From NCBI GenBank assembly GCA_963758295.1, contig CAVWUU010000004.1:448001-512000 (forward strand): 64,000 nucleotides of DNA, given 5' to 3'. The notes under the pieces were generated by a model that was given only the letters and a program-made list of their open reading frames with translations, was not told the origin of the DNA and ran no database searches. A program made the position numbers and the translations under genes. Origin of the DNA: Candidatus Eremiobacteria bacterium. Its GTDB lineage: Bacteria > Vulcanimicrobiota > Vulcanimicrobiia > Vulcanimicrobiales > Vulcanimicrobiaceae. The number at the start of each line of letters is the position of its first letter. The first letter of the stretch is position 1. Shown here one piece after another: positions 22,262 through 32,089 of the stretch.

Positions 22262-24372
22262 TTATGCGGGAGTCGCTTTCTTGCCGGCCGATTTGGCGAT
22301 GATTTCCTCTTCGACCGATTTCGGAGCTTTCTCGTAGTGAGAGAACTCCATCGTGTACGTTGCACGGCCTTGCGTCGCAGAACGCATATCCGTCGCGTAA
22401 CCGAACATTTCCGAAAGCGGCACGTTCGCGAGAATCACTTGTGCACCGCCCGGCGCCTCTTCCGTCGCTTGGATCATCCCGCGACGGCGGTTGAGGTCGC
22501 CCGTGATAGCGCCCATGTAGTCTTTGGGCGTCGTCACTTCGACTTTCATGATGGGCTCGAGCAAAATCGGGCCCGCTGCGCGGTTGGCTTCTTTCCAGCC
22601 CATCGACGCAGCAATCTTGAACGCCATTTCCGACGAGTCGACATCGTGGTACGAACCGTCGAACGCCGTAGCCTTGAAATCGAGAACCGGGAATCCGGCG
22701 AGCACGCCGTTTTGCGACGATTCTTCGATGCCTTGCTGAACGGCCTTGGAGTATTCTTTGGGAACCGCGCCGCCGACGATCTTCCATTCGAACTGGAAAC
22801 CGCTGCCCGGCTCGAGCGGCTCAACGCGGATCCACACGTCACCGAACTGACCCTTACCGCCGGACTGCCGGACAAATTTGCCCTGCTTCTCCACGGTCTT
22901 GGTGATGGCTTCTTTGTACGCGACCTGCGGTTTACCGACGTTGGCTTCGACTTTAAATTCGCGACGCAGACGGTCGACGATGATTTCCAAGATGAAGCTC
23001 GCCCATACCGCCGATGATCGTTTGCTGCGTCTCTTCATCGGTGCGCATACGGAAGGTCGGATCTTCCTGCGCGAGTCGCGCAAGGCCCTTACCGAGCTGA
23101 TCCTGGTCGGCCTTCGACTTAGGCTCGATAGCCTGGAAGATGACCGGTTCGGGGAACGTGATCGACTCGAGGACGATCGGCGTCTTTTCATCGCACAGGG
23201 TGTCGCCGGTGCGCGTGTCGGCTAGACCGACTGCGGCGGCGATATCGCCTGCACCGATCGAATCGATGTCTTCGCGATGGTTCGCGTGCATACGGAGGAT
23301 GCGGCCGATGCGTTCTTTCTTGCCCGAACGCGAATTATAAACGTAGCTGCCCTTCTCGAGCGTGCCCGAGTAAACGCGGAAGTACGTCAAGTTGCCGTAC
23401 GGATCGGTCGCAATCTTGAACGCGAGAGCCGAGAACGGTTCTTTGTCATCGGGCTTGCGCACGATTTCGGCATCGTCGTGCTTCGGATCCGTTCCGACGA
23501 TCGGCTTGGCGTCGAGCGGCGACGGCAGGTACTCGACGATGGCGTCGAGCAGCGGCTGCACGCCCTTGTTCTTGAAGGCTGAACCACAGAGCATCGGAAG
23601 CACCGTGCCGGCAATCGTCGCTTTCCGCAACGCCGCTTGCATGCGCTCGACCGGGAGCTCTTCGCCGCCGAAGAACATCTCCAGCAACTCGTCGTCTTGC
23701 TCGGCGATGGCTTCGACCAACTGTTGGCGCCACTTATCGGCAATCGTCTTGAGTTCGCCGTCGGCATCCGTAACGGGTTCCAGCGATGACGTCGAACCGA
23801 GGTCGTCGGTGTAAACGATCTTCTTCATCGTGAAGAGGTCGACGACGCCTCGGAAGTTGTCTTCCGCGCCGATCGGCACCTGAATCGGAACTGCGCGCGC
23901 GCCGAGACGTTCGCGAATTTTGTCCACGACGTTAAAGAAATCGGCGCCCATGCGGTCCATCTTGTTCACGAAGATGATCCGGGGGACTTTGTACTTGTTG
24001 GCCTGTCGCCAAACGGTTTCCGACTGCGGCTGCACTGCGGCCACCGAATCGAAAAGCGCGACCAAACCGTCGAGCACGCGCAGCGAACGTTCGACTTCGA
24101 CCGTGAAGTCCACGTGGCCAGGCGTATCGATAATGTTGATCCGGTGTTCCCGCCAGGTAGCGGCGGTAGCGGCGGACGTAATCGTGATGCCGCGCTCCTG
24201 CTCCTGGACCATCCAGTCCATCGTCGCGGCGCCGTCGTGAACTTCGCCGATTTTATGGACGCGGCCCGTGTAGAACAGGATGCGTTCGGTGCAGGTGGTC
24301 TTACCGGCATCGATGTGTGCAGCGATGCCGATGTTACGCGTACGTTCGAGCGGAAAATTCTCTTGCAGCCAT
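22262..24372 (-). CDS. fusA: Elongation factor G, with two apparent +1 frameshifts (about 24355 and 22990)
   Basis: [26 protein letters not shown]...[14 protein letters not shown]...; pieces lie in ORFs 22953-24500 and 22262-23191. Confidence 0.97.
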
Positions 24373-24375
24373 TGG

Positions 24376-24846
24376 TTACCAGCGGTAGTGGGCAAAGGCT
24401 TTATTGGCCTCGGCCATTTTATGGGTGTCTTCGCGCTTCTTGATCGTCGCGCCGGTGTTGTTCGACGCATCGAGCAGCTCGCCGGCGAGCTTTTCTTCAA
24501 ACGAACGGCCGCCGCGCGCGCGAGCGTAACCGATCAGCCAACGCATGCCCATAGCCTGACGGCGGTCCGGACGGACTTCCATCGGCACCTGGTAGGTGGC
24601 ACCGCCGACGCGGCGCGGTCGGACTTCGACCAGCGGCATCGCATTGGAAAGCGCCTGCTGGAAGACCTCGTACGGATCGCGACCCGTCTTTTCGGCAATA
24701 ATGTCGAGCGCGCCGTACGTGACTTGCTCGGCGGTCGACTTCTTGCCCGCGAGCATCACCTTGTTGATGAAACGCGCGAGAATCTTCGAGTTGTACTTCC
24801 CATCGGGCAGAATCTGCCGCTTCGGGGCCGGACCTTTACGTGGCAT
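24376..24846 (-). CDS. rpsG: 30S ribosomal protein uS7
   Basis: [11 protein letters not shown]...[13 protein letters not shown]. Confidence 0.99.
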   Translation of the reverse strand: MPRKGPAPKRQILPDGKYNSKILARFINKVMLAGKKSTAEQVTYGALDIIAEKTGRDPYEVFQQALSNAMPLVEVRPRRVGGATYQVPMEVRPDRRQAMGMRWLIGYARARGGRSFEEKLAGELLDASNNTGATIKKREDTHKMAEANKAFAHYRW

Positions 24847-24872
24847 GGATTTTTCTTACTGTTCCTTTTTAG

Positions 24873-24891
24873 TCCTGAGCCTGTCGAAGGA
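24873..24891. repeat. REP-like hairpin directly after the rpsL stop codon
   Basis: TCCTGAGCCTGTCGAAGGA. Confidence 0.85.
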
Positions 24892-25332
24892 TTACTTCTT
24901 CGTGGAGCGCTTGGCGCCGTACTTCGAGCGGCCTTGTTTGCGGTTTGCGGTGCCGGCCGTATCGAGCGTGCCGCGGATGATGTGGTAGCGAACGCCCGGG
25001 AGATCTTTCACACGGCCGCCGCGGACAAGCACAACGGAGTGCTCCTGCAGGTTGTGGCCGATGCCGGGAATGTACGCCGTCACTTCTTCGCCGTTGGTCA
25101 AACGGACGCGCGCAACTTTGCGCAGTGCCGAGTTCGGCTTCTTGGGCGTGACCGTCTTCACTTGCGTGCAGACGCCACGGCGCTGCGGATTGCCCGCGAC
25201 TTCAAATTGACGCGTCGGAAGATCCGGATGGCCCGGCTTGGGTCCGGTGAGAATCACGCGAAACGCGCGAGTCTTGACCTTCTTCTCGGTCTTGGCCCGG
25301 CCCTTACGCACGAGCTGATTAATCGTTGGCAC
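24892..25332 (-). CDS. rpsL: 30S ribosomal protein uS12
   Basis: [11 protein letters not shown]...[12 protein letters not shown]. Confidence 0.99.
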   Translation of the reverse strand: MPTINQLVRKGRAKTEKKVKTRAFRVILTGPKPGHPDLPTRQFEVAGNPQRRGVCTQVKTVTPKKPNSALRKVARVRLTNGEEVTAYIPGIGHNLQEHSVVLVRGGRVKDLPGVRYHIIRGTLDTAGTANRKQGRSKYGAKRSTKK

Positions 25333-25404
25333 TAGCGCTCCCCAGAGATTGCTTTACAACACACACAAAGTCGGCCGCACCTGCGGGTGGGCCTGAACTA
25401 CGGC

Positions 25405-25433
25405 AGTATAGCAAGGAGGATGGGCTGCGTCAA
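25405..25433 (-). promoter_or_regulatory. Sigma70-type promoter of the str operon
   Basis: Minus strand TTGACG-N17-TATACT with TGn extension. Confidence 0.85.
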
Positions 25434-26107
25434 CGACTAGGGGTGGGACGCTTGATGAGCACGACGCCGCTCCAAATCGTCCATAAAACGTAGAGCAAGA
25501 GAGCAATTAGAACGATCCCGGCGTTCGGACGCAGCGGTCCATCTTTAAAGAAGATCGAGAGCGTCGAAATTGCCAGCAGGGCAGCCGTCAGGTAGCCGAA
25601 CCAGGAAAAGAAGCGCGGAAAACTGTGGTGACGCAGGGCACTATAGCTTGCGGCGTACGTGTAGATGGCAAGCGGCGCGAACAGGAGCACGCCCGAAAGG
25701 GCGAACGCGTCGTAGAGCACGCGAATCTCTGCGCCTGATAGCTCGGGCGCCCGGTAACCGAGCACGGCTTGAAAGAACGCGTTAAGCAGAGCGAACGCCG
25801 CGGCGATGACCCCCGCGATCATAAAATAGGTGCCGAGGCCCTCGTTTTGGCCGGGCGCGGCCATGAGATGCGTTCGCAGTCCAACGATGTACCACAGGAA
25901 GAACGAAAGACCCGGAAACGAGAGCCAGGCCGCAAACAACAGTGCGCTTTCGTGCTGGGTTACCCAAGCTGCGATGTCGACGGGTGCCGCGTTGATCGGC
26001 GGCGGACTGCCGGGCAGCAAGCCGGCGATGAGCACAACGATGATATACGCGATTGCCGCCCACCCGGCGGAGTGCTCGGCCCGGACGTCACCCTCAGCAG
26101 CGTTCAT
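25430..26107 (-). CDS. Integral membrane protein (about 6 TM), unknown function
   Basis: Hydrophobic 225-aa ORF directly downstream of the GntR gene. Confidence 0.75.
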   Translation of the reverse strand: MNAAEGDVRAEHSAGWAAIAYIIVVLIAGLLPGSPPPINAAPVDIAAWVTQHESALLFAAWLSFPGLSFFLWYIVGLRTHLMAAPGQNEGLGTYFMIAGVIAAAFALLNAFFQAVLGYRAPELSGAEIRVLYDAFALSGVLLFAPLAIYTYAASYSALRHHSFPRFFSWFGYLTAALLAISTLSIFFKDGPLRPNAGIVLIALLLYVLWTIWSGVVLIKRPTPSR

Positions 26108-26113
26108 ATACTG

Positions 26114-26497
26114 CTACTTTTGTGTGACGCGTGAAAGTTCCGCCGCGATCTCGCCGCTAGTGTAGCCGCGATGTCGCAAACCTTCCACAAAACGAGCGAC
26201 CGCGTCGGCGAGCGCCGTCGTACGCGTCCGGCGATCGGAAGCCGGGACGCGTCGCGCCACGCGGGTTCCGCGGCGCCCTTCGCTTACGAGCCAGCCGTTG
26301 TTTTGCAAATCGGCATACGCACGCGCCACGGTATTAGGCGCCACGCCGAGGTCGCCGGCGAGTTGACGCACCGTGGGTAGCGGTGCATCGGGCGTCAACT
26401 CGCCGCGCTCGATCGCCGCGCGCACCTGCTCGAAGATCTGCACGTACGGCGCCGTTTCGAGATTCGGATCGACCGCAATGAGCGGATCCGGCGTCAT
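26114..26497 (-). CDS. GntR family regulator, short YtrA-like subfamily
   Basis: PYVQI...LPTVRQLAGDLGVAPNTVARAY..L...GRRGT; 127 aa with a short C-terminus. Confidence 0.92.
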   Translation of the reverse strand: MTPDPLIAVDPNLETAPYVQIFEQVRAAIERGELTPDAPLPTVRQLAGDLGVAPNTVARAYADLQNNGWLVSEGRRGTRVARRVPASDRRTRTTALADAVARFVEGLRHRGYTSGEIAAELSRVTQK

Positions 26498-27288
26498 TGC
26501 GTTCGGAGATCCAGCACGGGCCGGCGCCACTCCGGCAAAGCACAGCCGAAAAGGAATGCGCACGACAAGAAATTGCATGCGAGCCAGGTCAACGGCTGCC
26601 AAACGGTGCTCGGCGCAATGCCGTTGGCAGCCAACGAGAAGAGTTCACCCGGCAGCAGGTAGGCTCCATAAAGCATGTACAGCGCGCGGCAGCGCCGGAC
26701 GCATTCGTCAACCGCTGCTTCAAGCGGCAAATCTTCGCCGGTTAGAATTGCCGGCATCGAAGCACTTGCTAGGGCCGCAGCGACGATACCGACAGACGCC
26801 AAGGATACGAGCCACGACGAAACACGCAGCGCCGGAACGGTGGAATAGACGATTGGCGTAAGGCTCGCAAGCGCGGCAAGCGCATACCAAAGGGGCTTGA
26901 TAACGGCTGGTTTGGCAGTCAGGCTCGCGACGCGCAACGTGGGCATGTTGCCGGTTCTCAAATAAGCGAAGCAGAGGGCCGCGGAACTGGCGCACATCGC
27001 TAAACGGAATGCGATGATCGGAACCAGCAGCCGCAATGCAGTGCACAGACTCAAGATGAACATCATGCCGCTCAACACGAGCGCTATTGACGGTGAAAAG
27101 CCCTCAATTTCGCGGCGGCGGTCGAGTACAATTTCGAGCCGCGAGCGGTTCGCCTTATCGCGCAGCTCCTTTGCGAACCAAATCGCCGGGTCGCCGATCC
27201 TGTTTCGAAAGATCAGAAAGACGCCGCCATAGCTCAGGAGGCCGATGGTAACGAGCCAATATCCGAATGTACTGTAAGATCCGCTCAT
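26494..27288 (-). CDS. Membrane protein of unknown function (paralog B)
   Basis: Start MSGSYST at 27288; multiple TM segments; ATGA overlap with GntR. Confidence 0.75.
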   Translation of the reverse strand: MSGSYSTFGYWLVTIGLLSYGGVFLIFRNRIGDPAIWFAKELRDKANRSRLEIVLDRRREIEGFSPSIALVLSGMMFILSLCTALRLLVPIIAFRLAMCASSAALCFAYLRTGNMPTLRVASLTAKPAVIKPLWYALAALASLTPIVYSTVPALRVSSWLVSLASVGIVAAALASASMPAILTGEDLPLEAAVDECVRRCRALYMLYGAYLLPGELFSLAANGIAPSTVWQPLTWLACNFLSCAFLFGCALPEWRRPVLDLRTQ

Positions 27289-27290
27289 TG

Positions 27291-28106
27291 TTAAACGGTC
27301 GCGTGCCATTGCGTTTTGCGCAGCGACGGAATGGCGCCCAGAAACATAAAAGCGTACCAGCACCCGTATGCGAGGAAGAACGCACCGGACCATGCGTAGG
27401 CAAAGGATTGATAGAAGCTCTGGACCGCGGCGGCCGTCCCCATTCCGAAGAACACGAACGGAACGGTATACGCGTAGATCAACATCGTAGCGACGCGGCC
27501 GCTGCGCAGCCGTTCGTCAACCAAGACTTCCAATTCCGCGTCGTCGCCGGGAAGAATCGATGCCATGCCGGCGATACGAATCGATATCACGACGATCGTA
27601 ATCGACGAGAGCGAAACCAGGATCGCTGCAACGCGAAGACCCGGCAAGCCTATAAATACGAGCGGCAACAACGAGGCGATCGCGGCACATCCGTACCAAA
27701 GACCGTGGACCGCTGAGAGCGCGGATCGCGGTACCAGGCTTGCGGCTCGACGGACGTTGGTGTTTCGCATCCGGAGGAACGCGATGCCAAGCGTAATCGC
27801 GATAATCAAACAGAGATTCGCGTACGAGATCACCGGCAAAATGAGGTGAAAAGCCGTCGCAATACCGAGCACGATCGCCACGCCGCCGATGATCCAATAT
27901 CCGGCGCGCGGAAAGGCTTCGATACGCCGCCGCTTCTCCAAAATCGCTTGAATGCGTAGCCCTACCTCTGCGTCTCTTAAATCGCGTTTGAAAAAACATT
28001 TCGTATCGACCATTTTGTCGGTACGAACCAGCGTCAGGATGCCGAAGCCGATCATAAACGCGCTGATATACCACTGCGCAAACAGGTTTGCAAAATGAGC
28101 GTGCAT
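27291..28106 (-). CDS. Membrane protein of unknown function (paralog A)
   Basis: 271-aa hydrophobic ORF, visibly similar to 26494-27288. Confidence 0.78.
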   Translation of the reverse strand: MHAHFANLFAQWYISAFMIGFGILTLVRTDKMVDTKCFFKRDLRDAEVGLRIQAILEKRRRIEAFPRAGYWIIGGVAIVLGIATAFHLILPVISYANLCLIIAITLGIAFLRMRNTNVRRAASLVPRSALSAVHGLWYGCAAIASLLPLVFIGLPGLRVAAILVSLSSITIVVISIRIAGMASILPGDDAELEVLVDERLRSGRVATMLIYAYTVPFVFFGMGTAAAVQSFYQSFAYAWSGAFFLAYGCWYAFMFLGAIPSLRKTQWHATV

Positions 28107-28126
28107 GTTGGTCCAGTCTCGGAAGT

Positions 28127-28167
28127 ATTGTATTAGCAGCTTAATACAATTCCCGCTTTTGTGTCAA
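28127..28167 (-). promoter_or_regulatory. YtrA-type operator palindrome overlapping a sigma70 promoter
   Basis: ATTGTATTA-N6-TAATACAAT at 28127-28150; minus strand TTGACA-N18-TAAGCT. Confidence 0.8.
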
Positions 28168-28214
28168 TAGGTTGAGACAAAGTGATTGCGGCCCGGATTC
28201 ACGTGATACGACGG

Positions 28215-28236
28215 CCTTCGACAGGCTCAGGATGAC
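28215..28236. repeat. REP-like copy upstream of the acyltransferase
   Basis: CCTTCGACAGGCTCAGGATGAC. Confidence 0.85.
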
Positions 28237-28265
28237 GGAGGGAAGGCGACGAACGGGCACAGCGG

Positions 28266-29414
28266 ATGAAGGATCGGCTGGGCGTTTTGGACGGGCTGCG
28301 CGGGATCGCGGTGCTGCTCGTACTGTGGTATCACCTTTGGGAAATTTCTTGGCTGCCTGCGCCGTGGCATCAGTATTTTCAATTCATCCCGGAAACGGGC
28401 TTCATCGGCGTCCATCTCTTCTTCTTTCTCAGCGGCTTCGTGATTACGTATCCGTTCTTGCGGGCGCTGGAGCGCGGACAACCGTTGCCGGCGTGGGCGC
28501 ACTTTGCGTGGCGCCGATTCATGAAGATCGTCCCGTCCTACGTGCTTTCGATAATCGTTGCCTACGCCATCGGCTATGCCGCGCTGCAGCGGGCCAATGC
28601 GCTGCCATGGCAAGAACTCATCACGCATTTGCTCTTCATTCACACGTGGTGGTCCGGCACGTACGGCTCTATCAACGGCGTGCTCTGGACACTCGCAGTC
28701 GAAGTCGAATTTTACCTTTGTTTTCCGCTCGTGTGGTGGTGTTTCCGACGGCAGCCGTGGATAACGGCCTTTGCAATGTTCGCCGTCGCTTTCGCGTGGC
28801 GCGCGCTTTTGCAGCAATGTTGCTATGCAACCATTTTTCCGCAATGGGCCGAGAACTTACCCGGATATCTCGATATCTTTGCGAGCGGGATGCTTTCCGC
28901 GTACCTCTTCGTGCGGTTCGGTCATCGCGTGCGCGAGTCTCGCGGGCGTTTCGCCGCTCCGCTCGTTGCCATTGCGGGGATCGTGCTGGCCGCGGCAATG
29001 TTACACAACATGTACGAATTCCGTCACGTCGATCAATGGCAAGTCGTATGGCAGGTGAAATGGCGTGGGCTCTTCGGGATTGCCTTCGGGACGATAACCG
29101 TCGCATCACTATGCGCGCCCCGCTGGTGGGAACTTTTGCTTGCGAATGCCCCGCTGCGTTTTCTCGCCGTCATTTCCTACAATCTCTATCTCTACCACCA
29201 GCTGATCGCGCGGGAACTGCTCCGATTCCACATTCCGGCTTATCGGGGCGATCCACATGCCGACCCGGCCTGGCAGCTGCAGTACACGATCGTGACCGTC
29301 GTCGTTACGATCGCCGAAGCGGCACTCGTAACCTATTTCTTTGAACGGCCGCTCTTGAAAGTTCGCGAACCGCGTCACCTCCAGCGTGCTTTCGGGCACT
29401 CGCAATCTATGTGA
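28266..29414 (+). CDS. Acyltransferase family 3 (OafA-like)
   Basis: LDGLRGIAVLLVLWYH, GVHLFFFLSGF, WTLAVEVEFY, ISYNLYLYH. Confidence 0.93.
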   Translation: MKDRLGVLDGLRGIAVLLVLWYHLWEISWLPAPWHQYFQFIPETGFIGVHLFFFLSGFVITYPFLRALERGQPLPAWAHFAWRRFMKIVPSYVLSIIVAYAIGYAALQRANALPWQELITHLLFIHTWWSGTYGSINGVLWTLAVEVEFYLCFPLVWWCFRRQPWITAFAMFAVAFAWRALLQQCCYATIFPQWAENLPGYLDIFASGMLSAYLFVRFGHRVRESRGRFAAPLVAIAGIVLAAAMLHNMYEFRHVDQWQVVWQVKWRGLFGIAFGTITVASLCAPRWWELLLANAPLRFLAVISYNLYLYHQLIARELLRFHIPAYRGDPHADPAWQLQYTIVTVVVTIAEAALVTYFFERPLLKVREPRHLQRAFGHSQSM

Positions 29415-29857
29415 AGCAGGGAGAGCGTGCCGAAAGCCTACTTGAAGTCGTAGTAGCCGGCGCCATCGTGGCCGTCACGCTCGGCGCGCTCTTGAGTGGA
29501 ACGTTCGCCGCTGCGCATCGATTCGGTCCGGACCTCGTCCACGAGTCGCTCCGGCGCTACGCCGATCAAGAGTTACACGTTGGCGCCGACCTCCTGAAAT
29601 ACCAAGGCGCGTCGCTCCCGCCGGCAAGCATTGAGACGTCGATTCCGATGCCGGGTTCATCGCCGCTGAACGCGCGCGTAACCCTCGCCGTTTCTCCGTT
29701 GCCGTTCGGAGCGACGGCGATCGCCGTAACCGCACAGAGCGATGACAACTCGCGCGAGAACGTGACCGTGCAGAATGTCATCGAACGCCCTGCGCCGCTT
29801 CCATCTTCGACCGTTCAGTCGGGGCTTTTCGTTCCCGCCCCGGTGGGCGCGCAATAG
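29411..29857 (+). CDS. Pseudopilin/minor-pilin-like protein
   Basis: N-terminus ERA-ESLLEVVVAGAIVAV resembles the prepilin motif with E at +5. Confidence 0.6.
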   Translation: MKQGERAESLLEVVVAGAIVAVTLGALLSGTFAAAHRFGPDLVHESLRRYADQELHVGADLLKYQGASLPPASIETSIPMPGSSPLNARVTLAVSPLPFGATAIAVTAQSDDNSRENVTVQNVIERPAPLPSSTVQSGLFVPAPVGAQ

Positions 29858-30543
29858 TGCTGCTGCGCGCGATGTTTCTTCTGCTCTTCGTCACGATGTT
29901 GAGCGAGACGCTCGTGCATGGGGCGGCGGCCCTTGCGCGAAGCGCGCTGCACCACCGGGCGCTCGACGCGGCTCGAACGGAACTCGCCTCTGCCGTTTCC
30001 TTCGAGCGAGATGCAATTGCAAATGCCGTGCAACAAGGCCGCAATCCGCAAACGTTGCCCGCGCCTTCGGCTTCGCCGGCCTGCGTATTGAGCGATGCGA
30101 ACGGCTGCCAGCTCTCGGCGCAAACGCAAGTCGCAATGGCGCCCGCCTCGGCGGCCGCGACGCCGGCGGCTTGCCGAGACTCGAATTGCACGATCTATTT
30201 GCAAGGAAACGATAGCGTCACGGAAGGACGCGCCACGGTGAATTTTCACGTCAGCGTCTTCGCGCCCGACGGTACGGCAGTCGCATTGCGTGACTCGACC
30301 ATGGTCTATCGAACTTTTGGGACGCCGCCGTATGCAGCACCGGCCGGTTTGCTCGATGCATCCGTAAGCGGCAACGTAACCTCAGGCGTGGGGGACGACG
30401 GCGGAGCAAGCGGCAACGCCGCTACGCTCGTAAACGTAGAATACGTAAACGCCTTGAACCCGTTCTCAACGCCGGTTCCCGGGAACGTGTGGCGGCCTCG
30501 GATCGAAAATCCCGCGGCCGCCGCAAGCGCTTGGGATTACTGA
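29857..30543 (+). CDS. Membrane-anchored exported protein, possibly PilX-like
   Basis: N-terminal TM, helical region, two Cys pairs (C..C), coupled to the pseudopilin-like gene. Confidence 0.5.
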   Translation: MLLRAMFLLLFVTMLSETLVHGAAALARSALHHRALDAARTELASAVSFERDAIANAVQQGRNPQTLPAPSASPACVLSDANGCQLSAQTQVAMAPASAAATPAACRDSNCTIYLQGNDSVTEGRATVNFHVSVFAPDGTAVALRDSTMVYRTFGTPPYAAPAGLLDASVSGNVTSGVGDDGGASGNAATLVNVEYVNALNPFSTPVPGNVWRPRIENPAAAASAWDY

Positions 30544-30935
30544 ACCGGCGTGAGCTGCGACCCGAAGAACCGCGTCGTTAAATCCGCGATAAACGGCAGG
30601 CGCACTTCTTTCCCTTGGAAGGCGGTAATCCAGGTGTAAAGCCACGCAACGAGGGCTAGGATACCGATCAGCATCGAGACGATCATCATGATCGGAATCA
30701 ACACCCAGAGATGCGCTACGCCAAGGAACATGTCGATGATATCGATAGCTATCCAGGCGACGATCCACGTGCCCCAAAGAGTGATAGATTGCGCGGCGGC
30801 CCACTTCACGAAGTGATTCGTTCCGCCGCCAACGAGCATGATGATCCCGCCGATCAGCCCGAGCAAATACGCTAAGCCGGCCGCAAGATTGGGTTCCAAA
30901 CCAAATGGCGTGTCCTTCGGAGGCTGACTAACCAT
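30537..30935 (-). CDS. Small membrane protein (DUF4870-like)
   Basis: GLEPNLAAGLAYLLG...FVKWAAAQS...AFQGKEVRLPFI. Confidence 0.8.
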   Translation of the reverse strand: MVSQPPKDTPFGLEPNLAAGLAYLLGLIGGIIMLVGGGTNHFVKWAAAQSITLWGTWIVAWIAIDIIDMFLGVAHLWVLIPIMMIVSMLIGILALVAWLYTWITAFQGKEVRLPFIADLTTRFFGSQLTPVQ

Positions 30936-31023
30936 TACAGACCCTTTCGTTGACCTTGGTCACAGTTTTCTGCTTGCCTGCGACGTTCGTCGTGGCCGGG
31001 GTGTGCTACTTCCGTCTTAAGAC

Positions 31024-31809
31024 CTAGTTCGCAAACCGCTCTACCGCCTGAGCCACCTCACCGGGCGCCTCGATCGGCAAATTGTGCCCGGCGTTGCGCA
31101 ATAGCACGAAGAGCGCGCCCGGGATCGCCTCGGCCACATAACGCCTGATGCCCGCCGGCGCTGCTATCGGATCTTTGGCCCCGGCAATCGCTAGCGTCGG
31201 GACGTCGATCGATGAAACGCGGTCCTGAACGTCGATGCCGCGTCCGCGGTCATACCATCCGATCCAGTGCTCGTACTGGGCGACCAAAGCGTCGTCCACC
31301 ATGCGCTCCATCGCCTCGGCTCCCGGCTCACGCGTCATGGCCGCACGTTGAAAGCGCTCGATCCGTTCCCGCGATCCGTACGCTTCGATCGTCATCTGGC
31401 GATGTTTTTCCGGAAATCGCGTTGCCTTCGCGACACCCGGCGCGACAAGAATCAACCGCGAAAGGTTCGGCGGCCGTTCACTCGCGATAAACTGCGCGAG
31501 CTTTCCTCCCATGGAATGCGCGACGACGGTGACCGGACCGTCGATCTGCTCGAGCGCCGCGCGCAAATCCGACGCGTAACCTTCCAAATCGTGGCCGTGC
31601 GCCGGACGATCTGAGAGTCCGCATCCGCGAAAATCCAGGAGATCGAGCGTGTACCTTTCGGGCGATAGCAGTTCTGCAACGCCGTACCACATGCGTCGCG
31701 AGCTGATCCATCCGTGCGCAAAAAGCACGTGATGCGCGCCGTTTCCCCGGCGCTCGACGCACAACTGAATACCGTCGTTTTCGATGAAGCGCCGCACGGG
31801 GTGGTCCAT
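31024..31809 (-). CDS. Alpha/beta hydrolase
   Basis: HGW, DFRGCGLS, AHSMGG nucleophile elbow, AGH. Confidence 0.93.
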   Translation of the reverse strand: MDHPVRRFIENDGIQLCVERRGNGAHHVLFAHGWISSRRMWYGVAELLSPERYTLDLLDFRGCGLSDRPAHGHDLEGYASDLRAALEQIDGPVTVVAHSMGGKLAQFIASERPPNLSRLILVAPGVAKATRFPEKHRQMTIEAYGSRERIERFQRAAMTREPGAEAMERMVDDALVAQYEHWIGWYDRGRGIDVQDRVSSIDVPTLAIAGAKDPIAAPAGIRRYVAEAIPGALFVLLRNAGHNLPIEAPGEVAQAVERFAN

Positions 31810-31894
31810 AGCTCGGCGAAGGTGCGCCGAATCACCCGCGCTTGCCTTCCGCGCAAGAGGCGCAGCGCGCTGCCGATAAGAAAGGCGAGCTGCA

Positions 31895-32089
31895 ATGGGT
31901 AAACGTGCATGGTACTTGCTGCTCGTGTTGCCGTTTATAGGTACGCTCGTGCCGCAGATTTATAACCGGCCCGAGCCGCCGCTTTTCGGCCTGCCGTTCT
32001 TCTATTGGTACCAGCTCTTATGGGTCATCGTGACCTCGGTGCTGCTTGGCGTCGTACTCATCGCGACGCGAGATCCGAAAGATGTCTAG
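31895..32089 (+). CDS. DUF3311 small membrane subunit
   Basis: YNRPEPPLFGLPFFYWYQLLW, upstream of an SSS symporter. Confidence 0.88.
   Translation: MGKRAWYLLLVLPFIGTLVPQIYNRPEPPLFGLPFFYWYQLLWVIVTSVLLGVVLIATRDPKDV

Noticed and set aside
22262..24372. fusA as a pseudogene or a programmed frameshift
   Set aside because: Sequence is otherwise fully conserved, the gene is essential, and similar indels are scattered across unrelated genes; error is more likely.
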